Assembly: GCF_947568905.1 (NCBI RefSeq)
Contig: NC_079168.1
Location: 12,090,001-12,154,000, forward strand
Origin: Ostrea edulis
Taxonomy: Eukaryota
Length of the DNA stretch: 64,000 bases
Direction of reading: 5' to 3'
Position 1 is the stretch's first letter; every line of letters starts with the position of its first letter. A program made the position numbers and the translations under genes. Shown piece by piece: positions 28,186 to 36,844 of this stretch. Under the pieces are notes generated by a model. That model was not told the DNA's origin and searched no databases. It worked only from the letters and a program-made list of their open reading frames with translations.

Positions 28186-28272
<87 letters not shown>
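28186..28272. repeat. Compound (GA)n-(TA)n microsatellite
   Basis: Directly visible. Confidence 0.97.
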
Positions 28273-28275
<3 letters not shown>

Positions 28276-28297
28276 GCATTGCATGAATTAATTTTAA

Positions 28298-28827
28298 CGT
28301 AGTTCCACCCTCCTGTGAAATCATAAGATTTTGCAAAGTCAATGATTTAACAAGATTTATGCATGACAGGAACATGAATTTTGTTGGAGTCTTTTTCAAT
28401 AGTTATTGTAAAAAATCTTGTTAACCATAAAATATTTCGAAAGTCTAAGTTATATATGAACAATCAATTATATGTTTTAAAATATTGAATCCAAGGGCAA
28501 TAACTCTGTTTTTCTGAAATTATTTATCAAGTCCATTATGCAATAGATTTCCTTTAATTTTCACAAATATTTTGTGTATTTTTTAAAGAAACAGTTTTAT
28601 GAAATTGTCATGAATACTATTATATCATTTCAACTGTTTTTGTGAAATTTTGATAATGCTGTTTAAGGAAAATTGCAATTTTCTGACATTGATACAGGTA
28701 TATGTGTGCTAATTGATAAAAACTTTATTAATACCGCAACATACTTATTTCATCATTTTTATTTGTTACTAAGATATATTATTTGAAGAATCAACAATCA
28801 AATATAAGATTGAAGGGTGGAATTACC
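28298..28827. mobile_element. Kolobok-like MITE (530 bp)
   Basis: TTAA flanks. TIR (C/G)GTA(G/A)TTCCACCCT, related to the ends of 11163-13227. Confidence 0.65.
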
Positions 28828-29539
28828 TTAAGAATAATTCATATATATGCAAAAGGCTATAAACTTTGGAGAAAACAGTATTTTTCAAAATTACTAAAAT
28901 AAACTATAAATTTGAACATTTTCTCTATAGTAAAAAGAAAATTGTAAAAATTAAAGAAAAATGCATTGACATCTAATGCATGATATATTATTTAACTATA
29001 TGATTTTACTAATAAATTAAAACTAATAATGATTTTTCCTTACACATTTGACCTTGCCATTTCATAATTTTCTTAAAAATCAGCTGCCGTATCTATTTTT
29101 TTCTCTCTCTAAATTTACATCACGGCACTGTTTTGAGCCTTCTATGGAATCGCGTGCAATATAAGATACTTCGGTTTGATTCACATATTGTTTTTTCGTT
29201 GTCAATTAGCTACTTAATTGTATGCAAATCACTGTTAACATTCAAGTTAATGATTTACCAAGTAAGTATTGCCCTGTTCATTTTGAAATACATTTCTCAC
29301 TGGGGAAAAGGGGGGGGGGATCATTGCTTGATCCACCTAGCCTTCAGCAAAACAAACAAAAAATCATTCGTCACATTTTATCACATGATGTCAGTCACAT
29401 TGACATGCGGATCGCGATTTGTAACTTGCTTATGCATATTTTCTTGTGTCGGATTTACTATTAGTGACAACGTTGCATGCAAGGGTAAGTTTTCATGTAG
29501 TAGAAATTAGAAATTTTCACAGAGTTAAAAGCCACAAAC

Positions 29540-29725
29540 TAGGCCTATGCTCAGCCCTTACAGCCATTGAACAGGAGGAAATCTTTATCATGCCACATTG
29601 TGATACAGGACCTCGGTTTTTGCAGTTTTTTGCGGTCTGATCCAAAGGACCTCCCCATTTAGTATACCTCTTATGACAAGTAAGAGGTACTGAGAACCTA
29701 TTCTAACAGGAATCCGAGAAAGGAC
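29540..29725 (-). mobile_element. SINE-like fragment
   Basis: The reverse complement resembles a common oyster SINE body (TTAGAATAGG..CTCAGTACC...GCTGAGCATAGGCCTA) as I recall it. Confidence 0.4.
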
Positions 29726-29744
29726 ATTCAAGAGGAGGGGAGTT

Positions 29745-31205
29745 GTGATGAGAAGAGTTGTGATGACAAGAGGAGTTGTGTTGACAAGAGGAGTGTGATG
29801 ATAAGAGGAGTTGTGATGACAAAAGGAGTTGTGATGATAAGAGGAGTTGTGATGACAAGAGGAGTTGTGATGATAAGAGGAGTTGTGATGATAAGAGGAG
29901 TTGTGATGATAAGAGGAGTTGTGATGACAAGAGGAGTTGTGATGACAAGAGGAGTTGTGATGATAAGAGGAGTTGTGATGATAAGAGGAGTTGTGATGAT
30001 AAGAGGAGTGTGATGACAAGAGGAGTTTTGATGACAAGAGGAGTTGTGATGACAAGAGGAGTTGTGATGATAAGAGGAGTTGTGATGACAAGAGGAGTTG
30101 TGATGATAAGAGGAGTTGTGATGATAAGAGGAGTGTGATGACAAGAGGAGTTTTGATGACAAGAGGAGTTGTGATGATAAGAGGAGTTGTGATGACAAGA
30201 GGAGTTGTGATGACAAGAGGAGTATGATGACAAGAGGAGTTGTGATGATAAGAGGAGTTGTGATGACAAGAGGAGTTGTGATGATAAGAGGAGTTGTGAT
30301 GACAAGAGGAGTTGTGATGACAAGAGGAGTGTGATGACAAGAGGAGTTGTGATGACAAGAGGAGTTGTGATGACAAGAGGAGTTGTGATGATAAGAGGAG
30401 TATGATGACAAGAGGAGTGTGATGACAAGAGGAGTTGTGATGACAAGAGGAGTGTGATGACAAGAGGAGTTGTGATGATAAGAGGAGTATGATGATAAGA
30501 GGAGTGTAATGATAAGAGGAGTGTGATGATAAGAAGAGTTGTGATGACAAGAGGAAATATGATGAGAAAAATTGTGATAGGAGGATTTGTGATGACAAGA
30601 GGAGTTTTGATGACAAGAGGAATGTGATGGCGAGAGGAGTTGGGATGATAGGAGAATTTGTGATGATGAGAGGAGTGTGATGATAAGAGGAAATATGATG
30701 ACAAAAGGACTTGCGATGAGAGGAATTGTGATGACAAGAGGAACTGTCATGATAAGAGGAGTTGCAATGATTAAAGGTGTTGCAATAATAAGAGAAGAGG
30801 ATGACAAAAGAAGTTGTGATGATAATAGGAATGTGATGACAATAGGATGTGATGACAATAGGAATGTGATGACAATAGGATGTGATGACAATAGGATGTG
30901 ATGACAATAGAATATGATGACAATAGGATGTGATAATAATAGGATGTGATGACAATAGGAATGTGATGACAATAGGATGTGATATGACAATAGGATGTGA
31001 TGATATAAGAGGAATGTGATGACAATAGGAATGTGATGACAATAGGAATGTGATGACAATAGGATGTGATGACAATAGGATGTGATGACAATAGGAATGT
31101 GATGACAATAGGATGTGATGACAATAGGAATGTGATGACAATAGGATGTGATGACAATAGGATGTGATGATATAAGAGGAGTTGTGATGATGAGAAGAGT
31201 TGCAA
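29745..31205. repeat. 18-bp minisatellite (GATGACAAGAGGAGTTGT) grading into a 16-18 bp GATGACAATAGG(A)ATGT variant
   Basis: Directly visible. Source of the long low-complexity minus-strand ORFs in the track. Confidence 0.97.
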
Positions 31206-31437
31206 TGAATAGTATATATGTTGGTAAATTTTTCTCGAGTTCCAAGAGATTTGGTGCCGAGGAAAGCGAGGGACCAAATCGAGTGGCTAGGGAAAAGTTT
31301 AACACCATACTTACTATACATGTTTCATACAAGTAATTAAACTCTTTGAGGTTTCTGTTTGATATATTATAACCCTTCTTTATTTTTCATCCATGGATAT
31401 TTTTCTTGATCATTGCAGATTTATCACAATAAATACG

Positions 31438-31558
31438 TTACCTTTATAAATTTAGATATTCACCTGCTTGCAGTCTTGTATCGGAAAAAAACCATGTAAT
31501 AAAAAAGCACCCTTTGTGACCCGCCACCTCTGACATGCTCAGAAACCAACATCCGGTA
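31438..31558 (+). repeat. DIRS left inverted terminal repeat (core)
   Basis: Exact reverse complement of 36580-36700. Confidence 0.95.
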
Positions 31559-31693
31559 ACATCTTTTCTTTTCCGCCGTTGTGGAGTGCAGTCACGTTTT
31601 TCTCGAGGAGGAAAAGAATTTTTTCTACTTGCTATTTTTGGCTAAGTATTGCATGGTATTTGTTGATATTACTTTATTACATTATTAAGCATT

Positions 31694-33379
31694 ATGGCGA
31701 ATGAAGGTGAAAATGTTAAATTACCTTTTATTGCTGTAGAGGGAGAGTATTGGGACTCTGTTGACTCTAGAAGTTTTGGTCCCATGGAATCTGACCCTTT
31801 TCTTTCTTATGGGAATGTCATGGATTCTCCAGGAATTCCTTCTACCCCGGTTACTTCGATAGGTCAAATTAGAGCTACATCTACTATTACGCGACCTCCT
31901 GGTAGTCCGGTGGCTAGTTCTCGCCCTGAGAGTTTTCCTTCGGGTAATCGTAGGGAGACGTTTTATCGGTCTAGGTGGCCAGCTAGATTTCCTCATCCCA
32001 TGTATTCTGTGCCACCTTATCCCTACTCGACTCAACCTGTGTGGACAGGGCAAGGTTTTGTTAGTAAACCAAACTTAATGGAGTCCTCCAATAAGGACGA
32101 AATTAAATGTTTGGTTTCATCTATTCAGAAACTGGAGGCTTCTATTTCTTCAAAATTTGTGACAGTGGAACGTAGACTAGATTTGATTGAAAAAAGCAAA
32201 TCAGCTACGTCCCCCACTGTTCCTGGGGCTGCTCTTGTCACCCCTCGGCCCGCTTTTGATAATAAAGCGGACGAGGAGGTTGACTCATTATCTTTGGCTC
32301 CAAGTAGTCAAGAGGCATCTTTTCTGAGCGATAATTGCCTATCTCCGGTTCCTTCAGTCGATGAAGTTGGGTTTTCTCAGGAGCAACTTCCGGTAGAGAA
32401 TCTCACTCTGAAAGACAAAGTGTACGCAATTCGTAGAGAATTGTCAGGTCACGATTCTTTAGTTTCTCCTCCCAGGAGTTCTCACATACCTTCTGATTTT
32501 CAGTCCTGCTCTGGTCTTGTGAGAGATTCTTCTAAGTCGTATGCTTCTTTTCCTGAGTCTAGTCATTTTAAATCTGCATTGGCTTCCATTAATTCTCATC
32601 TTGTCGACGATCAGATGTCCTCCAATAAGGCCTCTAATTTAGTTAGACAAAATCTGGCTTTTAGTACATCTTCTTTCCCTGGTAAGGTTAGAATGAAGTA
32701 TTTTGATATTCATGATGTTTCCTTGGGAAAATCTCAACCTGTTTTTGATAAGACTTTTTCCAATCTTCTTGGTGCTAAGTCTTCTGAGGGGGTCAAGTTA
32801 TCTCAGACTTCTTATTCTAGGTCGGAGAACAATCTTCGGGGTGTTGCGGCAGCTTTACAATATGCGGAGCATTTTCTTGCTGCTGCAGGTGCCTCTCTTA
32901 AAGATAAGGGCGAAGAATTTGATGATGTTCGTTCTTTTCTTCTCCAAGTAGATAGATGTCTTTGCACTTCTCAGCTCTTGAATCTTGGCACTATTGCCAA
33001 TTTTTCTTTAGCTAGGAGACAAGAGATTCTTCAAAAATCTAACGTCTCTGAGTTTCTTAAAGACAACCTACTTTTTTCTCCTCTTCATAAAGAGCAGTTA
33101 TTTGGCATCTCTTTACGCAAATTACAAGAGGAATTACACAAAGAACCTCCTACTGTTAAAGTAGATGTACAACTCAACAATGGTAGTTCTAGGCGTGTTT
33201 CTTGTTCTTCTAAATCAGACTCTTCTAGAAGTAAGTCTCAAGGTGCTACTAAATCTGGCTCTTCTCTGCAAGGTTCAAATAATCTTAAGAGAAGTAATGA
33301 GCATCGTTCTTTCCCATCGGCTTCGGGATCTAATAATAAAAAACCCAAAGTAGCCAAGGGTAAGAAATCTCAGTTTTGA
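31694..33379 (+). CDS. DIRS ORF1, gag-like protein (561 aa)
   Basis: Uninterrupted ATG-initiated ORF directly after the left ITR. C-terminal GTIANFSLARRQEIL...PLHKEQLFG resembles DIRS gag (LAP2alpha-related) regions as I recall them. Basic Ser/Lys tail. Confidence 0.85.
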   Translation: MANEGENVKLPFIAVEGEYWDSVDSRSFGPMESDPFLSYGNVMDSPGIPSTPVTSIGQIRATSTITRPPGSPVASSRPESFPSGNRRETFYRSRWPARFPHPMYSVPPYPYSTQPVWTGQGFVSKPNLMESSNKDEIKCLVSSIQKLEASISSKFVTVERRLDLIEKSKSATSPTVPGAALVTPRPAFDNKADEEVDSLSLAPSSQEASFLSDNCLSPVPSVDEVGFSQEQLPVENLTLKDKVYAIRRELSGHDSLVSPPRSSHIPSDFQSCSGLVRDSSKSYASFPESSHFKSALASINSHLVDDQMSSNKASNLVRQNLAFSTSSFPGKVRMKYFDIHDVSLGKSQPVFDKTFSNLLGAKSSEGVKLSQTSYSRSENNLRGVAAALQYAEHFLAAAGASLKDKGEEFDDVRSFLLQVDRCLCTSQLLNLGTIANFSLARRQEILQKSNVSEFLKDNLLFSPLHKEQLFGISLRKLQEELHKEPPTVKVDVQLNNGSSRRVSCSSKSDSSRSKSQGATKSGSSLQGSNNLKRSNEHRSFPSASGSNNKKPKVAKGKKSQF

Positions 33380-33449
33380 TGCCTCCCCCCCTCCTGTAGC
33401 ACAATCCACTATTTCCGAGGAAGTAGGTGTTCCCTTTCCTCATCTTCCT

Positions 33450-35489
33450 GTGGGAGGACGCCTCTCTCTTTTTCTTCCTCATTGGTCCCGTCTCATTTCG
33501 GACAAATGGGTTCTTTCTGTGCTACGGAGGGGTTTAGAGCTTCAATTTCGAGAACAGCCTCCTCTCTCTGCGGTTCCTCTGGAATTTTCTATGACCAGAG
33601 ACCCGTGGAAAAATCTGTTGTTACAAGAGGAAGTGTCTCTACTTCTCCAAAAGAATGTATTGGAAGAAGTAAGTCCACCTCTAGGTTGGGGGTTCTACTC
33701 TCGTCTCTTTCTTGTACCCAAAAAGAATGGACAAATGAGACCTGTGTTGGACCTCTCTTTTCTGAATCAGTATCTGGTGATTCCACATTTCAAAATGGAG
33801 ACCAACAGGTCGATCAGAACCTCTCTCCATACAGGGATGTGGACGTCTTCTTTAGATCTGACGGATGCTTATTTTCATGTCCCTATAGCTCCAGCTTATC
33901 GGAAGTTTCTTTGTCTGGTCTGGGAGGGCAAGGTATATGCTTTCAGGGCAATGCCTTTTGGCCTATCTACTGCTCCACTAGTGTTCACAAAAATTTTTCA
34001 AACAGTGGTTGCGTATCTACACTCCCAGTCCATTTTCATCCATACATATCTAGACGATTCTCTGATCAAGAATTTTTCTTTCAACCTTCTTCATCAACAT
34101 ACTCATCGAGTTATTCATCTTCTGTTGAAGCTGGGTTTCCTTATTTCTTGGGAAAAATCAGAGATAGTTCCCAGTCAGAGTTTCATTTTCCTAGGGGAAC
34201 AATTTCGAACAGATCTTGGGATAGTTCTTCCTCCAGAGGAGAAATTTCTCAAGCTTCAGTATCTGTTGGATCAACTACTTTCAGCCAAACAGGCTTCAGC
34301 TCGCCAGTTTCTACAACTGATAGGTTTTCTGATTTCTCTGATGGACATAGTACCTTTAGGTCGTCTTCATATTCGCCCCATTCAGTGGTATCTTCTGGAA
34401 TTTTGGGTACCAGCCTCACAACAGTGGGAAGCTGTTATTCCCATTCTTCCCAGATTGTATCCTCATCTTCTGTGGTGGTCAGTGAGAGAGAATGTTATGA
34501 TAGGTTGCTCGCTAGACCCCCCAGTTCCTTCTATGACCCTGTTTACAGATGCTTCTCTGACAGGCTGGGGAGCTACCCTGGAGGGCAGAGAGGCATCAGG
34601 TATATGGTCCGGTCTCCAGTTGACAGAACACATCAATTTACTGGAGATGCGGGCTGTTCTTCTGGCATTGAAACAATTTTCCCAATTTGTTCAGGGTCAA
34701 TCTCTGATGATAGCCACAGACAATACAACAGTAGTGGCTTATCTGCAGAATCAGGGCGGCACACATTCTCAGTCTCTTTACCTTCTGTGCAAAGAAATTC
34801 TGTTGTTTTGCCGTTCCCTGGGAATTCGCTTGTCAGTCAGGCATGTTCCTGGCAATCTGAATCTAGTAGCGGATGCTCTCTCAAGGTCACTGCATCCAGT
34901 GAATACAGAATGGGAGTTACATCCAGCAGTCTTTCAGGAGATCTGTCTCAAGTGGGATCGTCCTCATATAGACCTCTTTGCTACGCATCTGAATTGCAAA
35001 CTGCCAACGTTTGTGTCTCCGATTCCAGACAACAAAGCTTTAGCAGTGGATGCAATGTCTTTCGATTGGAAGGGGATGTTTTCTTACATGTTTCCTCCTT
35101 TTCGCCTCCTTCCCAAGATTTTACACAAAATCAGGGTAGAAATTTGCAAGACCATTCTTATTGCTCCAGCATGGCCAAAACAATCTTGGTTTCCAGATCT
35201 TCTTCAACTGTGTTGTGCGAGACCAATTCTGCTTCCTCTCAGGAAAGATCTTTTGTCTCAATTCAAAGGCAGGAAAGTTCATCAGAATCTTTCCAACCTC
35301 CATCTACACGCATGGTTACTGTCAGGGAATCTCTCAGACAGGATGGCTTTTCTGACAGAGCAGCCAAACGTATCTCTAGTTCAGTCAGAAAATCTACAGG
35401 AGCAATTTATGACTCTAAGTGGAACATCTTCTGTTCTTGGTGTCGTTCAAAGGAAATTGATCCTCTCGCAGTTACTGTCCAACAGTTAG
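33450..35489 (+). CDS. DIRS ORF2: reverse transcriptase, RNase H and methyltransferase-like domain
   Basis: VGGRL..F...W N-terminus. RT motifs LDLTDAYFHVPI, AMPFGLSTAPLVFTK and YLDD. RNase H motifs FTDASLTGWG, HINLLEMRAV, TDNTTVVAYL and HVPGNLNLVADALSR. DIRS MT-like motifs IDLFA, FPPF and LIAPAWPKQSWF. The frame is open from 33399, with no ATG before the conserved N-terminus. Confidence 0.95.
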   Translation: MGGRLSLFLPHWSRLISDKWVLSVLRRGLELQFREQPPLSAVPLEFSMTRDPWKNLLLQEEVSLLLQKNVLEEVSPPLGWGFYSRLFLVPKKNGQMRPVLDLSFLNQYLVIPHFKMETNRSIRTSLHTGMWTSSLDLTDAYFHVPIAPAYRKFLCLVWEGKVYAFRAMPFGLSTAPLVFTKIFQTVVAYLHSQSIFIHTYLDDSLIKNFSFNLLHQHTHRVIHLLLKLGFLISWEKSEIVPSQSFIFLGEQFRTDLGIVLPPEEKFLKLQYLLDQLLSAKQASARQFLQLIGFLISLMDIVPLGRLHIRPIQWYLLEFWVPASQQWEAVIPILPRLYPHLLWWSVRENVMIGCSLDPPVPSMTLFTDASLTGWGATLEGREASGIWSGLQLTEHINLLEMRAVLLALKQFSQFVQGQSLMIATDNTTVVAYLQNQGGTHSQSLYLLCKEILLFCRSLGIRLSVRHVPGNLNLVADALSRSLHPVNTEWELHPAVFQEICLKWDRPHIDLFATHLNCKLPTFVSPIPDNKALAVDAMSFDWKGMFSYMFPPFRLLPKILHKIRVEICKTILIAPAWPKQSWFPDLLQLCCARPILLPLRKDLLSQFKGRKVHQNLSNLHLHAWLLSGNLSDRMAFLTEQPNVSLVQSENLQEQFMTLSGTSSVLGVVQRKLILSQLLSNS

Positions 35490-36406
35490 CTGAGTTTTTA
35501 GTTTATCTGTTTGAAGACAAAGGTTTCTCTCCCTCTACTATTAAGGGCTATCGTTCAGCTTTATCCAGAACTATAGCTTTGTCAGGAGGTCCTGATTTTG
35601 GGAAGAATGAGTTCTTGTCCCTCATGGTCAAGAATTTTTGTTTGGAACGACCTAGACAACGTAGGCTGGTTCCATCCTGGAATTTAGCTTTGGTTCTTAG
35701 GACTTTACAATTTCCTCCTTTCGAACCTTTATTTTTAGCTTCCTTTAAGTTTTTGACCTTGAAGTGCTGTTTTTTATTAGCTTTAGCTTCTGGTCGTAGA
35801 AGGAGTGAGATTCATGCTTTCTCCATTGCAGATTCTTGTCTCAGATTTTCTGCAGATAATTCTTCAGTTACTCTGTTGACAGATCCATCTTTCTTAGCCA
35901 AGAATCAGTTATCAGACAAAGGTTCTGGACCTATTGTTATTCCTGCTCTACCTAAATCATTAGGTAATCAGGATTTATGTCCAGTGCGTACACTTCAGAA
36001 ATATATTTCTGTTTCGTCAACGCTCAGACCTTCTGGTTCTACTAGACTTTTCATTCCTATTAAGAAAGGTCTAAAGGATATTTCGGCTAAGACTATTTCT
36101 ACTTGGCTTTGTCATACTGTTAAGATGGCTTACCAATCTTCATCTCCAGAAGCCTTGTCTCGTGTTCAAGTTCAGGCACATGAAATTAGAGCATTGTCTT
36201 GCTCCTGGGCTATTTTCAATTCCTCCTCTATGTCGGAAATCATGTCAGCTGGTTATTGGAGGTCTGATAGTACCTTTTATAACCATTACCTTAGATCTAT
36301 GCCCCTTCATAGTGACAGTTTGTTCTCGCTTGGACCTCTAGTTTCAGCTCAAAAAGTGGTTTTTCCTCCTAGTTGCCAATCTCAGGGGGATTCAGCTCTA
36401 CTTTGA
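33482..36406 (+). CDS. DIRS ORF3: tyrosine recombinase (domain about 35340-36406), N-terminal part overlapping ORF2 in another frame
   Basis: Core-binding region (YDSKWNIFCSWC...SPSTIKGYRSAL). Catalytic residues in ASGRRRSEIHAF (R), HEIR (HxxR), AGYW and NHY (Tyr nucleophile). About 2 kb of stop-free overlap with ORF2, as known for DIRS1 elements. Confidence 0.93.
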   Translation: MVPSHFGQMGSFCATEGFRASISRTASSLCGSSGIFYDQRPVEKSVVTRGSVSTSPKECIGRSKSTSRLGVLLSSLSCTQKEWTNETCVGPLFSESVSGDSTFQNGDQQVDQNLSPYRDVDVFFRSDGCLFSCPYSSSLSEVSLSGLGGQGICFQGNAFWPIYCSTSVHKNFSNSGCVSTLPVHFHPYISRRFSDQEFFFQPSSSTYSSSYSSSVEAGFPYFLGKIRDSSQSEFHFPRGTISNRSWDSSSSRGEISQASVSVGSTTFSQTGFSSPVSTTDRFSDFSDGHSTFRSSSYSPHSVVSSGILGTSLTTVGSCYSHSSQIVSSSSVVVSERECYDRLLARPPSSFYDPVYRCFSDRLGSYPGGQRGIRYMVRSPVDRTHQFTGDAGCSSGIETIFPICSGSISDDSHRQYNSSGLSAESGRHTFSVSLPSVQRNSVVLPFPGNSLVSQACSWQSESSSGCSLKVTASSEYRMGVTSSSLSGDLSQVGSSSYRPLCYASELQTANVCVSDSRQQSFSSGCNVFRLEGDVFLHVSSFSPPSQDFTQNQGRNLQDHSYCSSMAKTILVSRSSSTVLCETNSASSQERSFVSIQRQESSSESFQPPSTRMVTVRESLRQDGFSDRAAKRISSSVRKSTGAIYDSKWNIFCSWCRSKEIDPLAVTVQQLAEFLVYLFEDKGFSPSTIKGYRSALSRTIALSGGPDFGKNEFLSLMVKNFCLERPRQRRLVPSWNLALVLRTLQFPPFEPLFLASFKFLTLKCCFLLALASGRRRSEIHAFSIADSCLRFSADNSSVTLLTDPSFLAKNQLSDKGSGPIVIPALPKSLGNQDLCPVRTLQKYISVSSTLRPSGSTRLFIPIKKGLKDISAKTISTWLCHTVKMAYQSSSPEALSRVQVQAHEIRALSCSWAIFNSSSMSEIMSAGYWRSDSTFYNHYLRSMPLHSDSLFSLGPLVSAQKVVFPPSCQSQGDSALL

Positions 36407-36414
36407 ATTCTGCT

Positions 36415-36511
36415 TATCTAAATTTATAAAGGTAACGTATTTATTGTGATAAATTCTAAATTTTTAGTATTAAAATTTGTATTTGTTAAATAAATACTTA
36501 CCTTTATAAAT
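36415..36511. other. DIRS internal complementary region (ICR)
   Basis: 36415-36454 is the reverse complement of 31419-31458 (40 bp). 36455-36511 is the reverse complement of 36687-36743 (57 bp). Together they encode the circle junction. Confidence 0.95.
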
Positions 36512-36579
36512 CAGAGGTCCCAACCCACCTCCCCTTCATCCCCCTTCTAATTTTTTGTTTTATGTCAAAGAATAGATGA

Positions 36580-36700
36580 TACCGGATGTTGGTTTCTGAG
36601 CATGTCAGAGGTGGCGGGTCACAAAGGGTGCTTTTTTATTACATGGTTTTTTTCCGATACAAGACTGCAAGCAGGTGAATATCTAAATTTATAAAGGTAA
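36580..36700 (-). repeat. DIRS right inverted terminal repeat (core), followed by the right extension to 36743
   Basis: Exact reverse complement of 31438-31558. Confidence 0.95.
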
Positions 36701-36844
36701 GTATTTATTTAACAAATACAAATTTTAATACTAAAAATTTAGATTTTGTTCTGGCTGGGTTTGATAAAATGTGCCCTCAAGGAGAGTTTACCTGTATTCA
36801 ACAGTCAGGTGAGGGTGCATAGTGAGCAGTTTTCAAGAACAAGA

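Larger units (their letters stand above)
31419..36743 (+). mobile_element. Full-length DIRS1-type tyrosine-recombinase retrotransposon (about 5.3 kb)
   Basis: Gag, RT/RNaseH/MT and YR ORFs in the DIRS1 arrangement. Inverted terminal repeats 31438-31558 and 36580-36700 are 121 bp and identical by eye. The internal complementary region 36415-36511 is the reverse complement of both termini. TTT trinucleotides sit at both junctions (31420-31422, 36744-36746). No classical TSD. Confidence 0.96.

Noticed and set aside
29588-31332. Long minus-strand ORFs (344-577 aa)
   Set aside because: Translations of the 18-bp minisatellite. They are low-complexity and open in all frames only because the unit lacks stops.
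31218-31332. Plus-strand exon candidate upstream of the DIRS site (MLVNFSRVPRDLVPRK...)
   Set aside because: It is phase-compatible with the 66-nt exon-like unit, but the sequence is better explained as a small palindromic element.
31350-36800. Minus-strand reading across the reconstructed empty site (GKLSLRAHFIKPSQNKICNDQEKYPWMKNKEGL*)
   Set aside because: Weak acceptor, short and unrecognised. Kept only as an alternative to the plus-strand exon hypothesis.
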